Positions 1 through 13,156 of a DNA stretch of 64,000 nucleotides are shown here, in pieces. The number at the start of each line of letters is the position of its first letter. The stretch's first letter is position 1. Both the position numbers and the translations under genes were made by a program. This DNA is from Felis catus (taxonomy: Eukaryota). The notes under the pieces are model-generated. The model ran no database searches, was not told where the DNA came from, and saw only the letters and a program-made list of their open reading frames with translations. The stretch lies in NCBI RefSeq assembly GCF_018350175.1, contig NC_058368.1, positions 201,192,001 through 201,256,000 on the forward strand, given 5' to 3'.

Positions 1-190
1 TTAGCTTTGTAGTGAAAGACACATTGAATAAAAATGCAAATGTTTTCTTTAATCACCAAGAATTTTTTCTACTTCCCATTTCATTTAGTTCTATCAGAAT
101 CAGTCTGCTTTTGTATTGTTTCTTAAATTAGAAAATTGACATAATTGTATATGTTTTTGTGCATCCCCAAATGAAATAAAGTGACAATAT

Positions 191-1800
191 ATTTGTTTAT
201 TCAACATTTATTAAGTAACTACTATGTGTAAGGAAGTGTACTACTCATTGAAGATAAAACAATGCACTATATAGACATTTTCTCTATGCTCATGGGGCTT
301 AGACAATTAGAGAAATTAGAAAAATAAATAAATAAATCATAGTCAGTGCTATGAAGAAGGAATGGTCTGAGGACAAGAATGGTAGACAGTAGTCAGAGAA
401 GGTTTCTAGAGATGGACCATTTAAGCAGAGACCAAAAAGAAAAGAGGGACTTATTCAGGTGATGACCACTAGGATGAATTTTCCTGGCAGAGGTGAGAGC
501 ATCTACAAATCCTCTGGAGAGAAAAGGCTCAGACCTTGTGACAAAGGGAAAGATTAGCTGGATTGGCACCTGGCAAATGAGGAAGACTGTGTTGTTAGGC
601 AAGAGTTGGATCACATAGGGATTTTTCAGTCTTGGTAAGAAGTTTCAACTTATTTCTAAGTGCAGTGGGAAATCAGTGGAAGACTTTTACAGGGAAAGTG
701 ATGTGGTTCTGTTGACATTTTGTTAAAGTCACTTTTCCTGCCAACTCAAAACTGGGTTGGAAGAGAGAAAAAGCCAATGAGGGACACCTAATACTAGACT
801 TTTTCAGTCATCCAGGAGAGAAATAACAGAGGCCTGGGTTAAGGTGATAGTGGTAGAATGAGAGAAAAGAGAATGGATCCATATCTATTTTGTAAAGAGT
901 AGAAGCAGGTCTGCAAATAGATGAGTAGGGTTTAGGACAAGAGAGAAATCAATGTTGGCTCCTCATGTCTGGCTTCAGCAATAAAGTGGAGGACGGTACC
1001 ATGCACCGAATCAGAAATATCTGGGAGAAGTAAATGGGCCTCGTGGGATGAAGAATCAAACTTTGCACTGTGGACGTATGAAGTTCAAGGTGACTATAAT
1101 ACATCTAAAAAGAGAGGCCAAATAGACAGTAGAATGCATGTGATGTGGGTGAGGACTAGAGAAATACATATAGAAGTTATCAGAACAAACTGATGCATCA
1201 GACTTAATGAGATCATCTGTTGCAGAAATGTAGAGAAGAAAAGTGAATTCAGCACGAAAAACGGATGAATGTTAATATTCATAAGTTTGGTAAAGGAGAA
1301 ACCAACAGGAGGAACTGATAGAAAAGCGTCAGTTACAGAGAAGGAAAATCAGAGAGGAGGCATGTGCGCTAAGGCATTCCTCTCAGTCAACGAACGATAA
1401 TATGTCAAGTAGGAAAATACCAAAATGAGGACAAAGAGTCATCCAGATATGATACATGCAAGTTATTGGTGAAGTTGACTAGAGCAGTTCACTGAAGTAG
1501 TGAGACTAAAACTGTGAGAAGTGAATGAGAGGTAAAAAGGTAGAGATATATGTAGATAGTTCTTTTGAGAAGTTTATCAGACTAGGAGAGAGACTTAAAA
1601 AGTATTTGTTTTGCAATGGGAAATATTACCACATGATTGAATACTAGTGGTAATAATCCAGAAGGAAGTGAGAGAAAATAATGTGAGAAAAATGTCATCA
1701 AAGGAATGAGGAACTTCAGGAAGAGGCTGAAGAAAACTTTCCTCCATTGTGACAGAAGTGAAGAAGAACATGGGTGCTAGCATGGGTGAGTTGTAGTTCT
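191..1800 (-). mobile_element. Degenerate LINE-2 (L2) fragments
   Basis: Begins with a reversed L2 3'-end-like sequence (tttattcaacattttattaagtaactactatgtg), followed by purine-rich L2-like body. Boundaries approximate. Confidence 0.6.
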
Positions 1801-4284
1801 AGAGGAAGGAAGATTAAAAATTACTCTGTAAGAGTTTTTTGGGTCTTTTTTTCGTTCAATTCTCCCAAAATGTTTGTGTTAGTGTTTAACCCATCCCGAC
1901 TTGGAAACTTACCTACAGGAACAGATTAAACAAACTTCAAATATAGGATTCATCCTTCTCTGTGGCCATTCTGTAAAAAATTATCTCTGAATACAAACTA
2001 ATCATTATTTTTACAGAAAATTAATATATACAGGTCACAACTAATATGCTTAAAAACACATGAGGTTTTTCCAAAGAAAATTAGAGACATAATAGAATAC
2101 CACATGCTCCTTCCTCTCCATGCAACAGAATCCTGGGGCATATGAAAGCACAAACAGATATTATAGTTAACTGTATCATATATCATTTGAAGGAAGCACA
2201 CATTTTTGTTATTATTTAGTTGAATCCATTTAGATGGCACAATGCTGCAAATATCTATGATGTTAGGAGTATGGATGAAAGGTCAGGGCGAAACAAAAAT
2301 CACATGTCTCATCTATAGGCATGCTACCAATCAAGGGCTGAACCAATCCATTTTTCAAAAAGAGTTTTTTTTCAGTCACCCACTGCTGTATAAAAAAAGA
2401 GGACCACCCCTCAAAACCTTGGAACCTTAGGAGCCAAGGAATACAGTCTTGGAAAGTGATGGAAATACCACAGGATAAAACTGGAATGAACTTTTGAGAT
2501 CATTTTATTTCATGTTTTTATAATTTTTCTCAAAATCTTTTTTTTATTTTCCAGTGAAATATCACATTGAACAGATGAGAATTGTGCTCAGACTATGATG
2601 CCAGGTTTCTTGCACATACTTCTGGTAGCACTCAATATATCTCCAAAGAACCACAGAGCCCCAAGGAGACAGAGAGAGGGTAAGTTAGAGAGATAATAGA
2701 CCTAGTTAGTGACAATGGCATTTGGATTTGCCTCAGACTTTAACAACCCCGATTCTCAGGCTGACAGATCCATCATGGGAGTCGAGTCATCTTGAGAAAC
2801 TCTAAATATTTATATTGGCTCTAGGACATCAACACCAAGAACAAAACCATGGTGTCTGGGAGGACTTCAGCTCAGAGCATGTCTCCTAGAGACCACTTGA
2901 TGGGTTCCTGTTGTGCTCTCCTATTGAGATAATCCTCCAAGCTGTGGGAAACCCAAACCAGCAAACAGTGCAGACAGTGAGTCATGGATCATACATAACA
3001 CAAGCACTGTGCTTTGGCACCAGGCAGGGTGACATTAATGGGACAGTTTTTTGTACTTTTCATGGAAGATGGAAAGTGCAATCAAATGATAAGAATATAA
3101 TGGTTTTTATGTGGCATATATATTAAAATGTGCTAAAATTTTAAATATTTAAATAATACACTACATGAGGAACATAGTCTTTGTATATGTTCATATTTGG
3201 AACATAAAACTCACTTTAAATCTATAGCATGAGGAAAATTTACTGAATTTTTGACATTGCTCTTCCTGTCAAAAGACAATAATTGAAGGAACTGATCCTA
3301 CTATTTGAGTCTGCCAAAAACAATTCTAACAGAAAGATAACAGAATTTTACTCAAAATTAACGTAGCTTTTGCTATATTTTGTTACTGTGTTACTATAGT
3401 ATTTCCCCCCCTCCCTCTTGCTCTCTCCTACACACACACATAGATACACACACAGAGAGACTCAGAAATATTTTCCATCAGTTTCAGTGTGGTTTGTTTT
3501 CTGCGCTGCTCCCTAGTGACAAGGGACTCTGCCATCATGGCATGCTTCAGATTGTCTCCCATAGCATCTAATTTCTGCACCGCACTGCTGCCTCTCTTCA
3601 GCTCCCTAACATTGAGAATAGGGTATATATTTTTGTAGGGTATATCTTCATTATCCATCATCATAATAATTATAATAAAATGTAGTAAGGAAAGTGATAT
3701 AACAATAAGAGGAAGTCTGTGTAACCATATAAGATGTTGCAAAAAGAAAGAAGATAATTTCAGGCAAAAGTTTATTATACTATAAGATTAGAAAGGAAGA
3801 ATTGTAGGAAAGCTCTCTTTACAGAGAGGGGACATCAAAAGTGAATGCCCCAAGAAAGAAAATATTGAAACACACATATGTCTTATTTAATCACCTATAC
3901 GATTTAGTCACATGCCAAAGTAGAGATAGTATCTGCATCACCTATATGGTTTTCCAAACTTCCTATTGTGTCTCTTATATGCAATTCACCTCAAGATGTT
4001 TTTCCACATTTGTTGGAGATGAAATATCCAACATAGACACGGGAATTGTATGTCCAGCAGGAGAGAAAGAAACCTCTCAAAACTCAGCCTTCTTCTATTA
4101 CACACCTAATAGGGAACTCATTTTAGCCCAACAGGGGTCATCCTTGAAGGCTAAAATTTTTGTACTGATGCTCTTTGGAGGCGTTATAGTTAGTTCAGTA
4201 AAATGATATACCACTAAAATTGGCATAACTTAATATACAAATATTATAATGATGTTCAATAGGCTGACTTCAAGGAATGTACTT

Positions 4285-4500
4285 CCTAAACTTTTTTAAT
4301 GCTTATTTAATTTTGGGAGAGGGGGAGAGAGAGACAGAGCAGGAGCAGGGTAGGGGCAGAGAGATAGGGAGACACAGAATCTGAAACTGTCAGCACAGAG
4401 CTTGATGCAGGGCTTGAGCCCATGAACCCTGAGATCATGACCTGAGCCAAAGTTGGATGCGTAACCAACTCAGGCGCCCCAGGAGCCACTCAGGTGCCCC
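4285..4500 (-). mobile_element. CanSINE (tRNA-derived carnivore SINE)
   Basis: Reverse SINE head ...caggtgcccc, (GA)n segment, T-rich tail; 12-bp TSD aggaatgtactt at 4273-4284 and 4501-4512. Confidence 0.93.
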
Positions 4501-6311
4501 AGGAATGTACTTTTTAAAGAAAGGTAAAATTAAGAGACATCCAGAGGGAGGATCTTGGGTAGATGGTGGAGTAGGAAGACTCTGAGCTCACCCCATCCCA
4601 CGTTTACAACTAGATTTGCCCACATCCAAACCAATAAACAGGAGAGCCAACCAAAGACTTGGAGGACAAACTCCACAACTATATGTAGAGAGAAGATGCT
4701 CATCTGAAAGGTTAGGAAGGTCAGAAAGGGGGAAGCTGTCCACAGGAGGGAGGGAGCTGAATCCACAGAGAAGGCAGAGAAATGGGCCCTTGCACCAATA
4801 AGCTCACATGGGAAAGACTAATCCTCATAATGTTTGGTTTTAAAAAGCAGAGGAGCTAAATTCTACGAGTGTGTAAACCAGTGGGGCTTGGAGCCTAGAG
4901 CTTTAAAAGTCATCTGACTCAGCACTGGGTGAGCCTGGAGGGTGAGTGATAGCTGGGTCTCTGCCCTTAAAGAGATGTGGGGAGAGGCAACATAAAAACA
5001 GCAGTTTACACAACATTGGGGGCAAACCAGAGACAGATCTGTTTGTACTGATTTCTGAGCATGTTGGAGAACTTTGAAAACAAGGGAGCTGGCAGGTGCC
5101 ATTTTCCCCCCATCCCCCAGAATAAACACAGAGCCACCTGTGGGAGGCAGGGTTGCACGGATACTTGTAGCCTTGGCCCAGGACCCAGGGCAAATCATAT
5201 TAAAGTGGTGCAGGTGCCCCACCAAGCATCCAGGTACACAGTTGCCTCTGTGTGCCCAGCCAAGCTACAGAAGAGCATCCAGCCATGTGTTCTACCATTG
5301 TCATGTGCTGCTCCCAACCTCATGCCCTCAGCCGCCATAGCACTTGGGGGACCCAACATAGGACTAGTGACACAATTCAAATTTTGCTAACACTGCCATC
5401 CTGCTCCCAGTTCCCAGGAGAGTGCACCCCTTCAGATCTGGTCTACCTGGGTCCCCCTAACACCAAAAAGAGCAAACACAGCCACAACAGGCAGGGAGTC
5501 AGTGCAGACAACTGCACTGAAAGGAGAAGTGACTCAGACACAACAGCAAGGCATAAGTAACATACACAGGATATTCTCCTGACATGCCAAGTTCTGGTAA
5601 ACAGGGGATACTGCACTGCAGGGCACTCTGGATCCTCTTCTACATGAAGTCACTACTTTCAAGAGCAGAAGACATAGCTGACTTTGTTAACACACAGAAA
5701 CAGACATAGAGAGGCAGACAAAATGAGGATACAGGAAAATTTATCCCAAATTAAAGAACAAGATAAGGCCATGGCCAGAGATCTAAGCAAAACAGATATA
5801 AGTAACATGATTGATAGAGAATTTAAAGCAATGACCATAAGTATACTCATTGAACTTGAGAAAAGAGTGGAAGACATGAGTGAAACCCTTAACACAGAGA
5901 CACAGAGATAAGGAATAACATGCCAGAGATAAAGTGCTTAATAAATAAAATGAGAAACATGGTTGAAGGAATGAATAGCCAGATGAAAGAAGCAGAGGAA
6001 CAAATTAGTGACCTACAAGACAGAATAATGGAAACTAATACAGTTGAACAGAGAGAAAAAAGAATTACACAAAAGGAGAATAGACTTAATGAACTTAATA
6101 ACTCCACCAAGCATAATCACATTCATATTGTAGAAGTCCCAGAAGAAGAGAAGGAAAGGTGGGACAATTTGTTTTAAGAAATAATAGCTGGAAACTTCCC
6201 CCATCTGGGGAAGGAAACAGACACCCAGACCCAGTAGGTAATAGAACTCCCATCAAAATCAATAGAGCAGATCCACAGCAAGATATATTGTAATTAAATT
6301 TGCAAAATATA

Positions 6312-6520
6312 GGGGAGCTTGGGTGGCTCAGTCAGTTAAGGAGCTGACTCGTGATTTCAGTTCAGGTTATGATCTCACAGTTTGTACATTCAAGCCCCTC
6401 ATTGGGCTCTGCACTGACAGTGTGGAGCTTGCTTGGGATTCTCTCTCTCCCTCTCTCTCTGCCCTTCCCCTCCTTGTGCTCTCCCTCTCTCTCAAAATAA
6501 ATAAGTAAACTTTAAAAAAA
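6312..6520 (+). mobile_element. CanSINE nested in L1 ORF1
   Basis: gggagcttgggtggctcagtc head, (CT)n, A tail; TSD tgcaaaatata at 6301-6311 and 6523-6533. Confidence 0.93.
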
Positions 6521-6994
6521 ACTGCAAAATATACTGAAAAAGAAAAAAATCTTTAAAGCGGAAGACAAAAGAAGTCAGTAACTTACAAGGGAAAACCTAT
6601 AAAGCTAGCAAGAGATTTTTCAACAGAAACAAGCCAAAAGGAAGTGGTATGATATATTAAAGGTGCTGAATGGGAAAAATATGCAGCCAAAAATACTCTA
6701 TCCAGAAAGGCTATCATTCAGAATAGTAAAAGAGATAAACAGTTTCCCAGACAGACAAAAACTAAAGGAATTCATGAATACTAAACCAGCCCTGCAAGAA
6801 ATATTAAAGGGGACACTTTGAGTGGAAAGAGAGATCAAAAGTGGCAGTATAAAGGCACAAAACACAAAAGGAGTAAAAATTAATATTTTTGTAAAAAAAA
6901 TCAGTCAAGGAACTCACAAAAAAATAAAAAGGATATAAAATGTAATCACATATACCTAAAATGTAGGGAGGACAGGAGTAAAGAATGGGTTCAT

Positions 6995-7103
6995 GGGGTT
7001 CCTGGCTGGCTCAGTCAGTACAGCATGTGACTCTTGATCTCAGGGTCATTAAAATCAAGTCCTACGTTGGGCATAGCGATTACTTAGAAAGAAAAAAAAA
7101 AAA
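6995..7103 (+). mobile_element. Short-form CanSINE nested in L1 inter-ORF region
   Basis: ggggttcctggctggctcagtcagt...gattacttag plus poly(A); degenerate TSD aagaatgggttca / aaggacgagttca. Confidence 0.85.
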
Positions 7104-7573
7104 AAGGACGAGTTCACACTTACATGATCATCAACTTAATATAGACTGCTATACGCAGAAGGGGTTATATACAAACAGAATGCCAACCAGATATCAAAAA
7201 CTATTAATAAACATACAAAGAATAAAGAGAAAGAAATCCAAATATATCACTAAGTAAAATCAGAAAACATGAGACAAAGACAAGAGAGGATCAGAGAAAA
7301 TCTTCAGAAACAACCACAAAACAAATAATAAAATGGAAATAAATACATATCAATAATTACTTTGAATGTAAATTGGACTAAATGCTCCAATCAAAACATA
7401 TAGGGTGACAGAATGGTTACAAAAACAAGATCCATCTATATGCTAACTAAAAGAGACTCATTTTAGACCTAAAGACAGATTGATAGTGAGAGGATGGAGA
7501 AACATCTATCATGCAAATGAATGTCAAAAGAAAGCCAGAGTAGCAGTACTTATATTGAACAAAACAGACTTTC

Positions 7574-7792
7574 TTCTTTTGAATTCATTTTTTCTTTTTT
7601 TTTACATTTATTTATTTTTGAAAGACAAAGCACTAGTGGGGGAAGGGCAGAGAGGGAAGGAGGTACAGAATCCAAAGCAGGCTCCAGGCTCCGAGCTGTC
7701 AGCACAGAGTCTGATGTGGGGCTCGAACTCACAAACCATGAGATCATAACCTGAGCTGAAGTTGGAGGCTTAACTGAACCACCCAGGCACCC
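7574..7792 (-). mobile_element. CanSINE nested in L1 ORF2 endonuclease region
   Basis: Perfect 18-bp TSD tgaacaaaacagactttc at 7556-7573 and 7793-7810. Confidence 0.95.
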
Positions 7793-8772
7793 TGAACAAA
7801 ACAGACTTTCAAACAAAGACTAACAAGAGTCAAGGATACCATAATAATAAAGGGGACAATCTAACAAGAAGATATAACAATGGAAATATTTATGTGCCCA
7901 ACCTAGGGACACCCAAATATGTAAAACAGTTAATAACAAACAAAAAGAAACTAGTTGATAATAATATAATAATAGTAGGGGACTTTAACATCCCACTTAC
8001 ATTGGTGGACGGATTATCTAAACAGAAAATCAACAAGGAAACAATGGCTTTCAATGATACACTGAAACAAATGGATTTAACAGGTATATTCTGAACATTC
8101 CATCTTAAAACAGCAAAATACATATTCTTTTCAAGAGCACATGGAACATTCTCTAGAATAGATCACATATTAGCCCATAAAACCAGCCTTAACAAGTTCA
8201 AGAAGGTGCAAGTCATATCATCTATCTTTTCTGACCATAATGCTTTGAAACTAGAAGTTAACCACAAGAAAAAACCTGGAAAGACTACAAATACCTGGAG
8301 GTTAAATAACATTCTCCTAAACAATGAATGGGTCAACCATGAAATAAAAGAAGAAATAAAAAAATACATGGAAACAAATGAAAATGAAAATACAATGGTG
8401 CAAAACCTCTGGGATGCAGCAAAAGCAGTTCTAAGAGAGAAGTATATGACAATACAGGCCTCGTTCATGAAGCAAGAAAAATCTCAAATAAACAACCTTA
8501 CACCTAAACTAACTAGAAAAGAACAACAAATAAAATCTAAAACCAGCAGAAGGAAGGAAATAATAAAGATTAGAGAAGAAATAAATAATACAGAAACTAA
8601 AAATCAATAGAATAGATGAATGAAACCAGGAGCTGGTACTTGAAACAAATCAATAAAATTGATAAACCCAGAACCAGACTTATCAAGAAAAAAAAGAAAA
8701 GGACTCAAATAAATAAAATCACAAATACGAGAAGAGAAATTACAACCAACACCACAGAAAATAAACAAGTGT

Positions 8773-8997
8773 GGGGCGCCTGGGTGGCCGCAGTCGGTTA
8801 AGCGTCCGACTTCAGCCAGGTCACGATCTCACGGTCCCTGAGTTCGAGCCCCGCGTCAGACTCTGGGCTGATGGCTCAGAGCCTGGAGCCTGTTTCCGAT
8901 TCTGTGTCTCCCTCTCTCTCTGCCCCTCCCCCGTTCATGCTCTGTCTCTCTCTGTCCCAAAAATAAATAAACGTTGAAAAAAAAATTTTAAAAAAAA
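8773..8997 (+). mobile_element. Young felid-type CanSINE (SINEC_Fc-like) nested in L1 ORF2
   Basis: CpG-rich, near-consensus ggggcgcctgggtggc...gttcgagccccgcgtc...cccaaaaataaataaacgttgaaaaaaa; approximate TSD agaaaataa(acaa)gtgt. Confidence 0.95.
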
Positions 8998-9816
8998 GAA
9001 AATAAGTGTAAAAGAATATTATAAAAAAAAAAAACTATATGCCAACAAACTGGACAACCTACAAGGATAAATTCCTAGAAATATATAAACTACCAAAACT
9101 GAAACAGGAAGAAACAGAAAATTTGAATACATGGATAAATAACCAGCCAAGAAATTGAATCATAATCAGAAAACTCCCAACAAACAAAAGTCCAGGACCA
9201 GATGGCCTCACAGGCAAATTCTACCAAACATTTAAAGAAGAGTTAATACCTTTTCTTCTCAAATATTTCAAAAAATAGAAAAGAAAGGTAACCTCCAAAT
9301 TCATTTTTTGAGGCCAGCATTATTCTGATACCAAAATCAGATAAAGACACCACTGAAAAAGAGACATACAGGTCAATATCCCTGAGGAACATAGATGCAA
9401 AAGTCCTCAATAGAACACTAGCAAACTGAATTCAATAATACATTTAAAAAATCATTCAGCATGACCAAGTGGGATTTATTTCTGAGTTGCAAGGGTGGTT
9501 CAATATTCACAAATCGATCAATGTGATACATCACATAAATAAGAGGAAGGATAAGAACCATATGATCACTTCAATAGATGCAGGAAAAGCATTTGACAAA
9601 GTACAACATCCAGTCATGATAAAAAGCCCACAACAAAGTAGGTTTAAAGGGAACATAACTCGGTATAATAAAGGTCATATATGAAAACCCCATGGCTACT
9701 ATCATCATCAATGGGGAAAAACTGAGAACTTTTCCTCTGTCATCAGGAACAAGACAGCGATGCCCACTCTCACCACTTTTATTCAACATAGTACTGGAAG
9801 TCCTAGCCACAACAAT

Positions 9817-9826
9817 GAAAGAAGGA

Positions 9827-9910
<84 letters not shown>

Positions 9911-9920
9911 AAAAGAAAAG
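9817..9920 (+). repeat. (GAAA)n microsatellite inside L1 RT coding region
   Basis: Direct reading. Confidence 0.98.
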
Positions 9921-10513
9921 GAATCCAAATCAGCAAGAAAGAAGTCAAACTTTTACTACTTGCAGATGACATGATAGTATATATAGAAAACTTGAAGGAT
10001 TCCACCAAAAAACCTGCTAGAACTGACAACTGAACTCAGGAAAGTCACAGGTACAAACTCAATGTACAGAAATCTTGCATTTCTATATACCAATAATGAG
10101 AAATTAATGAACCAATCCCATTTACAAATGCACCAAAGCCAATGAGATACCTAGGAATAAATCTAACCAAAGAGGTGAAAGACCTATACTCTGCAAACTA
10201 TAAGACACTGATGAAAGAAAAATCACCAACACAAGAAACAACAGATATTGGTGAGGGATGTGGACAAAGGGGAACCCTCTTGCATTTTTGGTGGGAATGC
10301 AAACTGGTATAGAGAGTATTGAGATTCCTCAAAAAGTTAAAAATAGAAATAGCCTACAATCCGGCAATCACACTACTGGGTATTTACCAAAAAAATACAA
10401 AAACACTAATTCAAGGGGATACACGCACCCCAAGGTTTATAGCAGCAGTATTTACAATAGCCATATTATAGAAACAGCCCAGTGTCCAACGACTGATGAA
10501 TGGATAAAGAAGA

Positions 10514-10643
<130 letters not shown>

Positions 10644-11509
10644 GGAATATTATCCAGGCATAAAAAAGGAATGAAATCTTGCCATTTGCAAGGACATGGA
10701 AGAAGCTAGAAAGTATAATTTTAAGTGAAATGAACCAGAGAAAGGAAAATACCATATGATTTCACTCATAGGTGGAATCTAAGGAACAAAACAAATGAGG
10801 AAAGGGAAATAGAGAGAGAAAAGCAAACCAAGAAACAGACTTAACTACAGAGAACAAACTGTTGGTTACCAGAGGAGAGGTGAGTGGGGAGATGGGTAAA
10901 ATAGGTGATGGGGATTAAGGAGTGCACTTGCTGTGATGAGCACCGGGTGATGTATGGAAGTGTTGAATTACTATATTGTAAACATGATACTAATATTACA
11001 CTGTATGTTAACTAACTGGAATTTAAATAAAAACTTTAAAAATGAGACATCTATCATAGAGAAATTGAAACTAATATTGAAAACAAGAGAATGTTCCCAA
11101 TCAGTTTCTTCTGTATTCTGCTGTCTTTCTCACTTCTGAAATCAGAGCACATTGCTTTTTCAAAAATCAGTAGATGTTTAAATTTGTTTTCATATTAAGT
11201 CTACTATAAATTTTTGGATTTTTTTTTCTTGTCAAAGTTTAAAAACACTTGAATTAATAACTCAAATAAGGAAAGATTTGGTGACATAATCTTTACTAAG
11301 TTGTTGTGAGGTCTTTCATTAAATGTTAAAAGCAAAGTTTAGTAAAAGTTTCTGTTAGTGTATTAAAGTTACCAATATTATGAAAGATTTTCTAGCATAT
11401 AATTCAATCAGCCATTATACAACAGAGAAATTACTCTGCAATCCCCTTGGTCACGTTCACTATTTGGTACATTAAATGAATCATTATTCCTAAAAAATCT
11501 GAATTTTTT

Positions 11510-11714
11510 TTAACGTTTATTTATTTTTGAGACAGAGAGAGACAGAGCATGAAAAGGGGAGGGGCAGGGAGAGAGGGAGACACAGAATCCGAAGCAGGCT
11601 CCAGGCTCCAAGCCATCAGCCCAGAGCCCAACGCGGGGCTTGAATTCACGGACCGCGAGATCGTGACCTGAGCTGAAGCCGGACGCCCAACCGACTGAGC
11701 CACCCAGGAGCCCC
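11510..11714 (-). mobile_element. CanSINE (SINEC_Fc-like)
   Basis: Reverse consensus; flanks share tgaattttt. Confidence 0.93.
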
Positions 11715-12109
11715 TGAATTTTTAATAATAAACATGCATTGGAAACAATATTGGCAAAAGAATTTTAAAGGCTGCTTTATTGAACCCAGAGACAATTTTT
11801 CATATTAACAAATGCCTAAATAATGTCCTCTGTGAAGTGTTAAGTGTGCATCTGTTAAAACTAATGCCTGTTTTAGGAGAAGATACAGGATACTGGCTGA
11901 TCATACATGACTAGCACAACTGTAAATTGATACATTTCTAGAAGGCAATTTTACAATCTAAATCAAAGATTTTACAACTAAGCATGTTCTTTGATTCAGC
12001 AACTACAAGTCTGAAAAAGGGTCCAAGGAAATAATAAGATAGTTTGCAGAAACCACTCAAAGTAGTATATGCATAGAGATGTCCCAACAATAAGATGCAA
12101 GCCATATAA

Positions 12110-12320
12110 TTTTTTTTATGTTTTTATTTTATTTTTGAGAGACAGAGACGGAGTGCAAGCAGGGAAGGGGCAGACAGAGATGGAGACACAGAATCTGAAG
12201 CAGGCTCCAGGCTCTGAGCTGTCAGCACAGAGCCTGATGCAGGGCTCAAACTCACGGACTGTGAGATAATGACCTGAGCTCAAGTCAGATGCTTAACCAA
12301 CTGAGCCACCCAGATGCCCC
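12110..12320 (-). mobile_element. CanSINE
   Basis: T-rich tail, gcaggctccaggctctgagctgtcagcacag body, ...gagccacccagatgcccc head. Confidence 0.92.
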
Positions 12321-13156
12321 TAGAAGTAAGTCATATAATGACTAATCTGTGTGTGGAATACTGTGTAATTATTAAAAATTATGAAAATCTATCCACCAAA
12401 GTAGGGAAAAAACAGTCAGCATGCTTAAAGCTGTTGCAACTGAGTATTACCCTCACCCTGAACAGGCCAGTTCCTAATAGAGTTCTGGGCACACCATGCC
12501 CACTAGACAACATTGCAAGCAGAAAAGTATTTGCTTGGTATTCTTATATTGAGTTTTGTCTACAGGAACAATAGGGCAATTTTTTTGGTAACTGTGCAAA
12601 GATCTTATTGACTTTGAGGATTTAGGGCAGGAACAGAGTAAGAACTTTTTACTTTCCAGAAGACCTAGTGACAGAGCTGAGTGTCAGGCTCTATTCAGAA
12701 GAACCATTAAGGCTTCATTCATGGGAAGAGTGTACCTCAGGAACATGTTCTATTGTTAGAAATTTCATTCTCAGAAGTAATGTTGGGAGTAAATGAGTCT
12801 AGCCTAAGATGACAGAACAGGATAGAGTGTAATGAGTAATAATAAGAATCGTGAAGTGATACTCATATCCATACATATATATACATGTGTGTGTATACAG
12901 AATTTAATTATTGTGTATTTAATAGATTTGAAACATTGGTGAAATAACAGTTTATGTGAGCTAAGGACAGGATTAAGAATCATGGTTCTGTAGTTCTATT
13001 TGATGATTTGGTGGTGGGGTGGCAGACAAAATAGACATATCAGAAGAGGCTGGAAACCCTCAGAAGTTTTTCTCATGAAGGAATCACATTAAAAAAAAAA
13101 ATCTCACTTGGAAAGAACATATGATGACTTACAGTTATCCAGAATCTCTCTATAAC

